Part shown: positions 11,777-24,614 of the stretch, piece by piece
Numbering within the stretch: position 1 is the stretch's first letter
How the letters are laid out: the number at the start of each line of letters is the position of its first letter
Source of the DNA: Stegostoma tigrinum
Lineage: Eukaryota
Direction of reading: 5' to 3'
DNA length: 64,000 nt
NCBI RefSeq assembly: GCF_030684315.1
Contig: NC_081356.1
Location: forward strand, 79,468,835 to 79,532,834
Translations under genes and position numbers: made by a program
Notes under the pieces: generated by a model
What the model saw: only the letters and a program-made list of their open reading frames with translations
Told to the model about the DNA's origin: nothing
Database searches by the model: none

Positions 11777-12028
11777 GGGTGGCACAGTGGCTCACTGGTT
11801 AGGGAACTCTCATTTCCTTCCACAGTCCAAAGCTGTGCAGGTTAGGTAGCTTGGCCTTGTTAAATTGCCCTTGGTGTCTATGAATGTGCAAGCTAAGTGT
11901 GTTAGCCGTAGTAAAAATGTAAGGTGACGGGAATAGGGTTGGGAGCTGGGTCTGGGTGAGATGCTCTTTAGAGGTCACTACAGACTCAATGACTGAAAAG
12001 CTTCTTTCTACACAGTAGGAATTCCATG
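11777..12028 (+). mobile_element. HE1-like SINE with internal deletion
   Basis: gggtggcacagtggctcactggttag head; cacagtccaaag...aaattgccc body. Confidence 0.75.
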
Positions 12029-12364
12029 AGAACAAAAGAACAGTATTGCTTACATGGCAGTTAGCTGCAACTCTAAAGTTATAACACAAAACATAAAAAG
12101 CTAGCAGATACAGCAGTGACCAGGAAGGCTAATGGAATGTAAGCTCTTATTTCAAGGGGTTGCAGTATAAGAGTAGGGAAGTCTTCCTGCAACTGTACAA
12201 GGTGCTGGTGAGACCACATCTGGAGTACTTTGAGCAGTTTTGGTTGCTTTATTTAAGAAAAGATACTATTTCATTGTGGAAGCTCAAAGAAGGTTCACTC
12301 GGATGATCCCCGGAATGGGTGGATTGTTTTATGAGCAAAGGCTAAACAGATTGTGCAAGAATGC

Positions 12365-12585
12365 CATTCTCCCTGTATCTGCGTGGGTTTCCTCTGGGTG
12401 CTCCGGTTTCCTCCCACAGTCCAAAGATGTGTGAGCTAGGTGGATTGGCCATATTGTTCAGGGATGTGAAGGTTAGGTGGGTCATAGGTGAATGGGTTTG
12501 GGTGGGTGCTGTGAGGGTCGGTGTGGGCGTTTTGAGCCGAAGAGCCTGCTTCCACACCGTAGGATTCTATGATCCTATGATTCTA
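12365..12585 (+). mobile_element. HE1-like SINE, 5'-truncated
   Basis: V-domain cattctccctgtatctgcgtgggtttcctctgggtgctccggtttcctcccacagtcc; ttctatga tail repeats. Confidence 0.8.
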
Positions 12586-12710
12586 CTCAGTAGAATTTGT
12601 AAGAATGAGAGATGATCCACGTGAAACATATAGGATTCAAAAAGGGACTAGACAGGGTAAATTCTGAGAGGATGTCTCTTCTCATAGAGTCTGGGACCAG
12701 AGGGCTTTGA

Positions 12711-13012
12711 GGTTAGCACTGCTGTCTCACAGCGCCAGGGACCCAGGTTCAATTGCACCTTTGGGCGACTGTGTGGAGTTTACACATTTTCTGTGTGGGT
12801 TTCTGCCGGGTGCTCCAGTTTCCTCCCACGTGGAAAGAGTTATGTGGATTAGCCACGCTAAATTGCCCATAGTGTCCTTGCATTGGACATGGGTAATGCA
12901 GGATTACAGGTAAAGGGTACGGAATGGCTCTAGGTGGGATACTCATCAGAGGGGCGGTGTGGACTTGTGGGCCAAATGGCCTGTTTCCACAATGTAGGGA
13001 TTCTATTATTCT
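12711..13012 (+). mobile_element. HE1-like SINE
   Basis: ggttagcactgctgtctcacagcgccagggacccaggttcaatt head, V-domain, gggccaaatggcctgtttcc tail. Confidence 0.82.
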
Positions 13013-14094
13013 CAGCCTAATGGGATACCAGTTTAAAACTGGGAGAAGGAGGAATTTATTCTCTCATAGGGTTGAGAATCTTGGACCTCCTTGTGACAGA
13101 GATACGGGGCAGATTCTTGTACACTTAAGGCTGAGAGATTCTTGAACTGTAGCAGAATCCAGGGTTACGGGGAAAAGGCAGGAAAATGGACTTAAGAATT
13201 GTCAGAGCAGGCTTGAGGGGCCAAACAGCCTACTCATGTTCCTATTACTACTTGTTATATGGCCTTAATTGCTCTGAAATCTGGCCACCTTCTCTGGGAT
13301 TGCACCCACCCTTCAAACTAAAGAACTCCCTCCCATTTAGGGATGTGATCACCCTCTTCTCCGTTGCTGGGATCAAGGATCAAACAACTGCCAATTCTTT
13401 TCCTCTAGTTATGACTTACTTCATGGTGCACCCTGCTTGACTGGAATCCAATTTCTGGGTGGGATCCTGTCAAACATAAATGCACACTGTTAAACTCCAC
13501 AATAAACATGAATACTCAAGACTTCCAGTTGAAACTCTACACTGTCCCCTTGGAAACCTGCCACTGCCAATGTTGGGTCACTGATCACAACGTGTAAATT
13601 AAAGGATCTGCCCTCTAAACAAATTACTGTGGAATAAATATCAATCAGGGGCTCAATTTCAGATGGGAGGATATTCTTTGAACTGTGAACAGGAGAGCTT
13701 GAGAGTGCGCTCAGCCTCCACCGCATTGACGTAAAACAATACAATAGGCAATACAGCTCTCGGAATTTAATTAAACTAAGCTCATTGTGATCAACATTGA
13801 ATGGAGGTAATCTCAGTGCTATGAATGTGGGGCTTTACTAGGCAATTATGTTTTAAATATCTCCTTTAAGTTAAAGTTGAATAGCATGATTGAGTGGGGA
13901 TGTGGTGGCGAGATTCAATCCTCCCTGGATTCCGGCCCAACTGATTCTGTTGTCATGGCCAAAGATACCCAAATCAGAAAAGGCAATTAACTGTTCTCAT
14001 ACCTTGACACAAAAAAAGTTTGCTGTTTGGGGATGGATACTGATACAGATACATCTCCCCATGGGGTAAGACAGTGCGTGTGTGCGTACTGCAA

Positions 14095-14263
14095 GAACTG
14101 TGTTGCTGTAAATCAGGAACAAAAACAGTTGCTGGAAAAGCTCAGCAGGGCTGGCAGCATCTGTGAAGAAAAAAGAGCTAATGTTTGACCTAAAACATTA
14201 AGCCTGTTTTTATTCACAGATGCCTCCAGACCTGCTGAGCTTTTCTAGCAACTTAGTTTTTGT
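14095..14263. mobile_element. PLE family B fold-back copy (old)
   Basis: gttgctggaaaagctcagcagggctggcagcatctgtgaa ... ttcacagatgcctccagacctgctgagcttttctagcaac inverted arms. Confidence 0.7.
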
Positions 14264-14402
14264 GGGTGCTGGTAAGAATTGGTTCTGTTTTCAAAGAGAA
14301 GGGAGAGGACTGACAGAACACTTAGAGTTTTAACGGGTGTGGGGAGTGATTTTTGTGGAGCCCGCAAGAGCAGGAAAAGTGGTTATTTATGGAATAAATC
14401 CA

Positions 14403-14613
14403 CAGAGGCTGTTATCCTGTCACCAACGCACCATTATTTACATGTAGAGAATCCTTGACACTGATCCAGCTCCCTCAGAGCCAGCTGTCAGAGTGAACAG
14501 GATGTCTGACACTCCCGTTCTTATCTGTCAGCCAGGGCTCCATGATTAGGGCTGTAAATCAGGTCAAATCAGGGAACTCATATTCAATGAGATCCACCTG
14601 ACTGACATTACAA
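14403..14613 (-). repeat. Second copy of solo-LTR-like repeat
   Basis: Aligns by eye with 29522-29736 (tatttacatgtagaga.tccttgac; aatcagggaactcatattcaatgagat). Confidence 0.65.
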
Positions 14614-14724
14614 TTTATTTCGGTAGAATGTGAAATCTAGCTTTCTCAATAGAAGTTTGCGATGCAGAGGCAAAACCACTAACATCAAGTCTCCCATTTG
14701 GAATATATTTGCATGTCATGAATA

Positions 14725-16500
14725 ATAAGACCAGAAGATACAGGAGTAGTATTCAGCCACTGAGCCCTTTGGGTCTGCTACACCATTTGATCGTGCCTCA
14801 TGTGTTTCCCTACCCCATTCTCCTGCCTTCTCCCTGTAACCTTTGATCCCTTTACTAATCAAGAACCTATCTGTCTGCCTTAAATATACTCAATGACTTG
14901 GCCTCCACAGCTCTCTGCAGCAATGAGTTCCACAGATTCACTGTTCTGTGACTGCAGAAATTCATCTCAGTTCTAAAGGGTCACCCCTTCACTCCGAGGC
15001 TGAGCCTGCAGGACTTAGTCTCCCCTACTATTGGAAACATCTTCTCCATGTCAACTCTATCTAGGTCTCTCACTATCCTGTAAGTTTCAATGAGACCTTC
15101 TCTAAACTCTATTGAGTAGAGACCCAGAGTCCTCAACCACTCCTCACATGACAAAATTTTCATTCCCGGGATCATTCTTGTGAACTTCCTCTGGATCCCC
15201 TCCAATGCGAGCACATCCTTCCTTTGATATGGAACCCAAAACTGCTCTCGGTAATCTAAATGCGGTCTGACCAGAGCCTTATACATCTTCAGCACTTCAT
15301 CCCTGAGCTTGTACTCCATCCCTCTCGAAACGACTGCAAGCATTGCATTTGTTTTCTTAACTGCCAGCTGAACCTGCATGTAAACCTAACAGACTCCAGA
15401 ATTAGGACTCCTGAGTCTTTGTGCTTTACATTTCCCCATTTAGAAAATAGTCTGTCTTAGCTCTTCCTACCAAAGTGCATAACTTTACACTTTCAATATT
15501 GTATTCAATTTGCCACTTTCTTGCACACTCTTGTGGTCTCTCCAAGACCTCCTCCAGCCTCCATGCGTCTTCAACACTACCTGTCCCTCCACCTATCTTT
15601 GTGTCATCTGCAAATTTAACAATAGCCTTAATCCTTTTGTCCAGATTATTAATGTTATAATGTGAATAGTAGTGGTCCCAGCACTGGCCATTATGGAACT
15701 CCACTAATCACTGGCTACCATCCTGAAAAAAGTCCCTTTATCTCCATTCTCTGTCTTCTGCCATTTAGCCAATTCTCTACCCATGCTAGTACCTTTGCCC
15801 TAATACCGTGGGCTGTTATTTAGCAGCCTCCGGTGCAGCACATTGTCAAAGGCCTTCTGAAAATCCGGATAGATCACATCCACTGGTTGTCCTTTGTCTG
15901 ACTTGCTCATTACCTCCTCAAAGAATTCTAACAGATGTGTCACACATCACCACCTCTTCACAAAGCTATGCTGACTTAGCCTTATTTATCATTCACTTCC
16001 AAGTACTCCGCAATCTCGTTTTTAACAAAGTATCTAAAATCTTAGCAATGACTAAGGTCGAGCTAGCTGGCCTATAATTTCCTGTTTCTGCCACCCTCCT
16101 TGGTAAACGTAGTGTTATTTAATTTCCAGTGCTCTGGAACTCTCCCAGACTCCTGTGATTCCTGAAATATCACCTCCAATGCCTCCACAATCCCTTCAGA
16201 ACTCTGGGGGTGTAGTCCATCTGGGTTGGGTGATTTATCCACCTTTAGACATTTCATCTTTCCCAGCGCCTTCTCCTTCGTGATGGCCACTGCACTTAGC
16301 TCTGCCTCCTGACTCTGAAGTTCTGGTATGCTGCTGGTATCTTCCATGTAAGCACTGATACAAAGTACCTATTCAGTTCCTCTGACACTTTTGTTCCCCA
16401 TTACTATCCCAATCTCATTCCAGTGGTCTCATGTCCACTCTTGTGTCTCTGACCTTTTACATGTCTTTTAAAAAAAATCTCTTGCAATCTTCTTTTGTAT
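14725..16500 (-). mobile_element. CR1 LINE ORF2 RT, frameshifted
   Basis: Minus ORFs: LKVDKSPNPDGLHP, KFADDTKIGG, MYKALVRPHLDYREQFW, IQRKFTRMIPGM. Confidence 0.9.
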
Positions 16501-18741
16501 ACTACTAGCTAGCTGACCCTTGGTATAAAACTTTTGTGCAGTTACGTCTTAAAAATTGAGAGAACATCAGCAGTACACAAGAATCCCATAGCTCCCAGTT
16601 TCCAATTGTTTATGCATGGTTTGCTGCAGTCTTGTACACTTGTGTTTTAAGGTCAGTAGCTTTCCTTACTTAAATTTTGGCACAAGTGAGGGGAGCAGGA
16701 GAATGGCAGCGTGCAAGAAGCCTCAGGACTAGCAGGGTTAGTGTGTGCGTCAGTGGTGAGGGAAGTAGGGGTTGTAGATTGTGTCAGAATGGAGCAGGGG
16801 CCTAAGGAAAGACTGGCAGCCGCATTGGATGTATGGAAGAATGAAAATGGAAAGGGCCTGACTTCCTTGATATTTTTTGGGTCAGTGATTGGTGGAAACC
16901 GTCAGTCAAGGTAAGAAACTTTAAGAACTAAAGGGTGACCTCAGTACTGTCCAAATGTGTGCCCATTTCAGGATGTTGACCAAGTCCTCTCAGATCACCT
17001 ACAGTTTTTCAATTGTCCCTGCTTAAAGTGATTTTGGACAATATCCTTTCCACTGCAAAGATGAGAGACCAGCTAGGTTTGCAAGTTCAGCCATGTCCCA
17101 CAAATTATGCTAGTATATTTAGCTCTTTAACTAAACTAGCCTCAATAAATAATGTTGATGCTCATGCAAACAAAAGTGAAGTCAATAATAAGTGCCACTG
17201 TTGTGCTTTGAAATCTTAATGAAAATGAAGTTGGGCAGGTAAGTTTTTTTTGATTTGGATGCAGAACAGGAGGCTCTTTTATAGCCTGCTGCACTGTCAT
17301 CAAACAGCAGGTTCCACCTGTGGAATTCCACGTGTTTCCTCTGCACACTGCTAGAATTTTAAATTTAACTTGTAATCTGATGAGAAATGGCAGAAAGCAA
17401 GAGAGCAAATATGATTTTCAATTTAACCGCCAGGAATAACATACAACTGATAGCATTTCCTCTGGGCAGCTGGCGAGATGGGCCTTGCTGGTGAAAGTTA
17501 ATTTTACAATACTCGGACTGAGTGGAATAACCTTCAAAGGGCACTGGAAGATTTAACTTGCTGTGGCAGAGAGAAATGAGCCTGCTGCAAGGCTTGGGAG
17601 TAACTGGGGGCTGATTCGTTAATGCTATATATCTATCAGAAATGTGGCGTAAAGTAAAAATATTTTGCGTGGCATATTTGAACTGTTATTGATTCAAAAG
17701 TACTTTTTAATTGGTATGATCTGTTAAGTTATGAGTCTGTGTCGATTTAATTTGCTGTTACAGTAAAATTTAAAACAGTTATTTCCAACGGTTATTTGGA
17801 AATGCACCATTTTTTTTGGAAAATGTTTTCTCAGTTCTGCATTTCTAAGGTGAGATTCTGCTCAGATGTCCATCAGTGAAATGGGGAGCTGTACCTCCAT
17901 TCTGATCCTTTATTTGTTGTATAACTGTTCAAAGAAGGCAAAAACAGCCCCGTTCATAGTTCTGAAATTGAAAGTTTCTGACAGCATTTTCTCAGCTGCT
18001 GAGATGAGTGATATTAGGGTGCTGGGAGGGTAGGTGAACATAAGCTTCAGAGATGGACTGGAGTACCCAGCATCTCACATTTTTCTTTAATTATTCACAC
18101 TGTTCATGACCTGGTAACCATGATGTGAATAAACTGGCTTCCAAGGGCCAAATCTTTTGCAGACTTGGACCAACTCCAGAGATCTCTTAAAAATTCTGGA
18201 AAGGATCCAAATGCAGATACACTCCATGCATTTCCATAAGCCACCATTTTTTACAGGCAGGAGAAAGGGGCAGGCATAAATCACACAGGGAGGAAACACC
18301 AATGCAATGACCAATGTCACTAAAATCAGATGTTGGGTACTGCTGTTCATTCTGAAGCTTATTTTCCATTAAAATATATTTAGAATCATCTGGAGGAGTT
18401 TTTTCACAATTATTGGTTAAGGCAGTCAAGCTACACAAAGCCGCATTGTTTAAGTGTCACGAGTTGACAACGATATTTTATTTTTCACATCATTTCAAGT
18501 TGCAGTTGACTCTCCCACCAAGGTTTCTAATTAAAATACCTGTAATGGGATTGGGTATCGGCCTTTGTTTGAGAGCCACATTTTTCATTGAGTTTTGCAA
18601 ATTGAATTTCACTGCGCTTTCAGCAAATGAAATCAATCCTTTATCTGTTCTGTGACTTGGTACATAAAGAGGAATTCTTATTCAGGACAACAATATTAAA
18701 GTTGAATGATTTCAGACTTACAGCTGACTAGATTATGTTGG

Positions 18742-18957
18742 AGATAACAAGGCATAGAGCTGGGTGAACACAGCAGGCCAAGCAACATCGTAGGAGTAGG
18801 AAAGCTGATGTTTCAGGCCTAGACCCTTCATCTGATGAAGGGTCTAGGCCCGAAACGTCAGCTTTCCTGCTCCTAAGATGCTGCTTGGCCTGCTGTGTTC
18901 ATCCAGCTCTATGCCTTGTTATCTTGGATTCTCCAGCATCTGCAGTTCCCATTATCT
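18742..18957. mobile_element. PLE family A fold-back copy centred on the hammerhead
   Basis: cccttcatc-t-gatgaaggg axis; 14-bp TSD ctagattat(g/a)ttgg (18728-18741, 18958-18971). Confidence 0.9.
18832..18859 (+). ncRNA. Minimal hammerhead core, sense to host pre-mRNA
   Basis: ctgatga a gggt ctag gccc gaaac gtc. Confidence 0.75.
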
Positions 18958-19899
18958 CTAGATTATATTGGCAACATTAGTTTTTATTAAATATTAACAA
19001 TGTTTGCCTTTGGTTTCTTGTATATTATGCATGTACTTTTGTTTCCATTTTGTTTGTGCTTTATTTGCCTTTGAATGTGACTTTTGGCCACCTTGCTTTC
19101 TTCTATCTACCCCTTTTTTACCAAATCAGCTAAAGGGTTATTGATAATAGGTGAATGTAATTGTACGAGGAAAAGCATTTTTGGCAACATTAAAAATCAG
19201 AGGATCATCAAGACTATGCTGAGCCATTGAAAGATGATCAACGGCATGTTAGTAAATATTAATCAGTTTTCAGTAACATTGTTAAAATCAAAATTGCTGA
19301 GGATAGTGAATTAGATGCCTAAAATACCATGAATAGATCTGGCCCAAGTCACATCATCATGAAGGATCCTACAGAAGTGCAACAACATTGGGTTTGGATG
19401 GGATGCTCCAACGGGCGGTGTGGACTTGTTGGGCCAAAGGGCGTGATTCCACACTGTAGGGAATCTAATCTAATATGTAATCCTCTTGCTCATATCTTTT
19501 AATAAAGATTAGGTTCGGAAGTGTTTCTTCACATTGCGATCATATTAATGGTTCCAACATTTAAAATGTTTGAAAAATAGAACCAGATAGCTATAGATCC
19601 ATTACCTTGATTTTATTAGATGTTGGTGTTAAGAAGTGTAAGTATTGGTGATCTCTATGACCATTTAGAATAGCATTAATGAATACCTAATAGTAATTTG
19701 CTGTGAAATTTAAGTTAGTTTGAGCCCATCTTTAGGTGATCTTCACTACAATACATCTTTCTTGTGAGTCATTAGCCATTTTCTTAATCTGCCATTGTTT
19801 CCCAACTATCTTTTCTACTATTTTTCCTTTCCCAGTCTACTCCTTTCCAGCTAACTCTGCCCTCTCATTTCTTTGTGTTTGCCCCTATTTAGGTTTAGC

Positions 19900-21830
19900 A
19901 CAGCATTTCTGATCCAAGTTTCTCTCTCTCAAACTGAATGCTAAATTCTACTGGTCACTATTTTCTAAGGGATTTTTTTAGCTGAGATCATCTATTAAAC
20001 CTGCATCATTGCACATTTCCAGACACACAATAACCTGACTTCTTGTTGGATCCACACGTATTGTTCTAGGAAATTGTTCTGAATACATACTATGAATTTT
20101 TCCTCGTTGCTATCTCTGCAAATTTGATTTTTCCCATGATTCCCAAACTCAGTCATGATTAAAAGGCTGCTATTTTTAAATACTGTCTTATATCCTCATT
20201 GTAACAAAGTTACCCCACCACCCTTTCTTTCCTGTTTGTCCTTCCAAAATGTCTCCTATCTCTGAATACTTAGTTCCCAGCTTTGTTCACCTCGTTACTT
20301 GTCTCTGTAGGGTTATAAGACAAAATCCATTCACCTTGAATTGTGCTGTTAAATCATTGTCTGAATGCTACACACATTTTAAGTAAAGAGCCATTAATTT
20401 TGCCTTTTTACCATTTTATTCCCTTTTGACCCTATTCACTTCTGTTTTTCTGTATTTACATACTTTGTCCCACTCTAAGTGTCATTATCAAAATCGCTGC
20501 ACTGCAATGCTGCCATGTTCTCTGGCTTTGTACACGTATATTAGCCCTCTCCCAAACTGAACCCCAATTAGTTTTGAGCCTTCTCCAAAGCCCTAGTTAT
20601 TTGATTTGCCAGGACACTGGTCCCTGTACTGTTCAAGTGAAGCCTGTCACACCAGAACAGTTCCTTTCTACCCAGTATTAGTGACAGTGCTCTGTGAGCT
20701 GAAACCTATTCTACCCACACCAGTCTTTAATCATTAATTTCACTCCTTGGTTCTATTTACTCTATGCCAGTTGCCTGTAGGTCAGGTAGTAATCCAGAAA
20801 TTATTATCTTGGCGTTTCTCCTTTCTAATTTAGCTCCTAAAAGTTCAGAACCTATTTTCTAGCTTTACTAATATCAATGGTATTGTAGATGACTATAAGA
20901 CCATAAACAGTTGAAACAGGAATTGGCTATTTCCCTCCTCAAGCTGCTCCTCCATTCAATAGAATCAGGACTATCCTGGTCACTTTTCTGCCCTTTCCCC
21001 AAAATCCTTGATTCCTGTACTGGTCAAGAATCTATCTATCTCCGCCTTAAATATGCACAAGGACTCTGAGTCCCCACAGCACCGTGTGGCAAGGAGTTCC
21101 AAAGACACTCAACGCTCAGAGAGAATAAATTCTGAATCATTTCAGTCTTAAATTGGTATCCTTTATTTTGAGACTATTCCCTTTGGTCCTAAATTCTCCC
21201 ATGAGAGGCAACGTGCTCTCAGTATTTACACTGGAAAGTCCTTTAAGAATCCTACTTCAATGAGACCATCTTTCATTCCTCTAAGTTCCACTAAGTGGAG
21301 TCCCAACCTGTTTGCCTTTGATGATAAGACAATCCTTCCATACCGGGCGTAATCCTAGTGAAAACCTTTTCAGAACTGCATCCAGTGAATTAATATCTTT
21401 CCTTAAATGAGGGAACAAAAAACGCTCATAGTACTCTAGGTATACTCTCACTAGCATCTTGTATAGTTACAGTGACCCCCTTGAAATAAGGGCCAAAATT
21501 CCATTGCCCTTCCTGATTACCTGCTTTACCTGTGTGCTAGCATTCTGTTTTGTGCACAAGTACCCCCAAGTCTTTGTGTCTGCAGTTTTTTCCATTTAAA
21601 TAATATTGTTCTTTTGCGCTTCCTTCCAAAATGAACAATTTCATATTTTTCCCACATCATACTTCATTTACCCGCTTAGTTAACCAATCACTGGTTAATC
21701 TGTAACTGTTGCTATATCTTTTGCAACTTGCCTTTCCTCCTATTTTTGATGGTACGTCTGCTTCCTTCCTCCAAGTCATTAATATACGTAGTAAACAGTC
21801 GCAGTCCCAACACCGATCCCTGTGGAAGGC
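19900..21830 (-). mobile_element. Decayed CR1 pieces (esterase/endonuclease ~19900-20900; RT 3' part ~20900-21830)
   Basis: Resembles 14725-15700 (aagaatctatctatctccgccttaaat; ccttgaaataagggccaaaattcca) and CR1 ORF1/APE reverse-strand motifs. Confidence 0.65.
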
Positions 21831-22394
21831 AAGGACTGCATTGTCAGTGGTTTTTAAAGTAGTCATGGTTATAAACATTTTAACATCCATCTCCTTTAAG
21901 GCTGGAGAGAACTTATTTGTATATCTCACTGTTTGACATTCATTATTTTGCATTAGGGAGGCCTCTCCTTGTCTGGCAGAAGCAGATGGAGTGAGCTCAT
22001 GGCTTTGCTCAAGGCAAAGGTCTCCCCTGTATCATAGATATTGTCTACAGTGCCATTTGTCAACTCTGTCCTATATTGGAACCAAAAGGGATTTTACTCC
22101 CTCAGTGTTCAGCTGATATGTGAACATGAGCAATGAATTATTAAGGACAATGCCAAGAATCCTGATGAAAATCAAGATGTTTTCATTTCTGCGGCATTCC
22201 TTTATGTAAGCTGCATTTGAGTGGTCATGACAAACAAAACCTCCAGAATGATGAGCTGTCCACTGAGGAATTGGCTAATAATTTGCAGTATTTACAAAAT
22301 CTCTCAATCGTGTGGTATCATCCCCTACCACCAACTAAATGACAACGAGCTGAGGAGTTTATTTAAAAACTTCATTCAACGTGTGCATCAACAG

Positions 22395-22665
22395 CTGGGC
22401 TAGCATTTATTATCCATCCCTATTTGCCCTGGGGAGGTTAAGAATCAACCACGTGGATGAAGGTCTGGAGTGATGTGTAGGCCAGAGCAAGTAGGGACTC
22501 TAGTTTTCCTCCCCTAAAGGTTATCATTAAACCAGATCAGTTTTTCCCCAATATGGTCGCCATTAGACTTTTTATTGAATTCAAATTCCACCATCTGTGA
22601 TGGCAGGATTTGAACCCAATTTCCTGAGTTTCTAAATCAATAGCCCAGTAATAATACCACTAGAA
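22395..22665 (-). mobile_element. Deu-domain (SacSINE1-like) SINE
   Basis: Reverse complement of 24271 family: ttgaattcaaattccaccatctg...ggatttgaaccc. Confidence 0.7.
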
Positions 22666-23269
22666 CATTGCCTAGTGAGCACAGAGAGGAGGGTGATATA
22701 GGAGGTATTCCAAACAGCCCCTTTCAGGCTGGGCTGTTTATAAAGGACACATTTGAGTATGATACCAATAAGTGCCGCCCACCTTGCCGAGCAATTGTCC
22801 AAAATGCAAAAATTAACCCAACACAAAATTGACATTCCAAACCAAATTTATAAATGGAAGTGTTACTTTTTTAAAGAAAATTTAACCATTCACATTTCGG
22901 CATTCTGCTAATGCTTGTTTCCCTTTGCCTGTCCGAGCACTGCTGCGTAGTGCTACTCCAGTACTTGCAGCACGTTTTATGGGAAGCTGGTTATAGTGTG
23001 CAGCCATGTTTCTGTAGTAGCAATGGATCTCAACCATGTATCTCTATTTATACTTTTTGATCATCTCTCTTGTTCTGCATGCTACATGTATTCAGGTGCA
23101 GTGCCTTAAATTTTGACTTTGAGATCAATTCACTTCAGAAGCATACTCAATGCTCAGTTAAGTTTCTCTTGTCCGTAACACTTAAAAGATGCTCTGAGGT
23201 GTAGACTCATTGACTAGTAATTTTTGTGGCAACTGTGAACTTCATGAAAATACACCCCACATTTCAGGT

Positions 23270-23800
23270 TAAAAATATATTCTTCAGCTGCTTCGTAACA
23301 TCTTTGACCCTGGCACCAGGGAGTCATTTTGCCATTTGGGAGTCATGTTAATGGCCATTGAAATGCTTGCTTGTTCCCATAACTACTGAATCTTCCATCA
23401 TTATTGCTTTCCCACTTTTTTTATCCCCACTCCCCTGTTTTAAAGCTGTTCCACCTGTGATACCACAAACTTGGTCCTTGCTGCACTGCTACACTGCCCT
23501 CACCTGTATCCAGAATGGAAGATCAATTAGCGAGCCATGCTTTTTTGGGCGGATGCCTGCATGATCTGCCAATTTCTCTTGGACTATCTGACGGTTAGCC
23601 ATTCCCTGTCTACCTGCATGTTCCTAAGGTTGACCACCTCCATAAATGTGCTATTCATGTAGCTCTCTGCTAAACCCATTCAAAAACAGTGACTATGGCC
23701 TCTGTATCTTGCTGCACAGATGGTTGGCTGAGGCATGCGAAGTGCAAGTGTCTTCCGTATGATGGACACTGTGCCTGGCCAATTTTCCCTGTCATACCTA
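23270..23800 (-). mobile_element. CR1 ORF1 remnant
   Basis: tttgaccctggcaccagggag reads LPGARVK on minus strand. Confidence 0.55.
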
Positions 23801-24270
23801 AAACGTCACTTCTGAATGATTTATTGTAAAGTGGAGTTTAAAGATTAGAAAGCAGAATTGCTCCCCCCAACTCACCAATCATGTCATTCTCCAGTACCCA
23901 TAAACTGGATAGTTGAGGATAAGAGTGAAAACCAACAATTTTTTTTGAAGAGGAGCACCTCACTCCCCATCTTGGCTCAATCCCTCTAATCACCAAATTC
24001 TCAAAACTCTGTTCAAGCTATACTCGGTACTAGGTTGACTGAGCTACTGTACTTATTTAGCTAAAGAGCAAGCTGACTCCATTTTCAGAAAATCACTGCA
24101 AAACTAAGCTCCTTAATTAATGCACTGTGGCTGTCCCATAGTGTTTGTATATCTCTCTGATTTAAATCCCTAAATATAAAGTGTAACTTACAATTAAATC
24201 ATAACTGTTGCATTTTAAAAACAATAAATTTATAAAGGGGCTCAGATTCTATTAATTCACCAATTTCAAA

Positions 24271-24614
24271 GGGGAGGCAATGGTTTGGTGGTATTATTGC
24301 TGGACTGTTAATCCAGAAACCCAGGTAATGTTTTGGGGACTTGGGTTTGAATCCCATGACAGCAGATGGTAGAATTTGAATTCAATAAAAATCCAGAATT
24401 AAGAGTCTAATGATGACGATAAAACCATTGTCCGTTGTCAGAAAAAGCCATCTGGTTCACTAATGCCCTTTTAAGGAAGGAACCTGCCCCCCTCACCTGG
24501 TCTGGCCAACACGTGACTCCAGACCCACAGCAATGTGATCAACTCTGAACTGGCAATTAGGAATGTGCAATAAATTCTGGCCTAGCCAATGACGCCATTG
24601 TGAATGAATAAAAA
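24271..24614 (+). mobile_element. Near full-length Deu-domain (SacSINE1-like) SINE
   Basis: tRNA-like head with gggtttgaatccc B box; ccatctggttcactaatgcccttttaaggaaggaacctgcc central domain; caataaattctggcctagcc...gaatgaataaaaa tail. Confidence 0.8.

Larger units (their letters stand above)
11140..13250 (+). mobile_element. Decayed CR1 ORF2 with nested PLE and three SINEs
   Basis: gccaaatttgccgatgat (AKFADD), LQLYKVLVRPHLEY, EAQRRFTRMIPGMGGL, 3' end cctactcatgttccta. Confidence 0.8.

Noticed and set aside
17370-18360. Box C/D-like words (atgatg, ctga) as an intronic snoRNA
   Set aside because: No proper C/D spacing with terminal stem was found.
18742-18925. Perfect hairpin as a pre-miRNA
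   Set aside because: Explained by PLE fold-back structure; no expression evidence.
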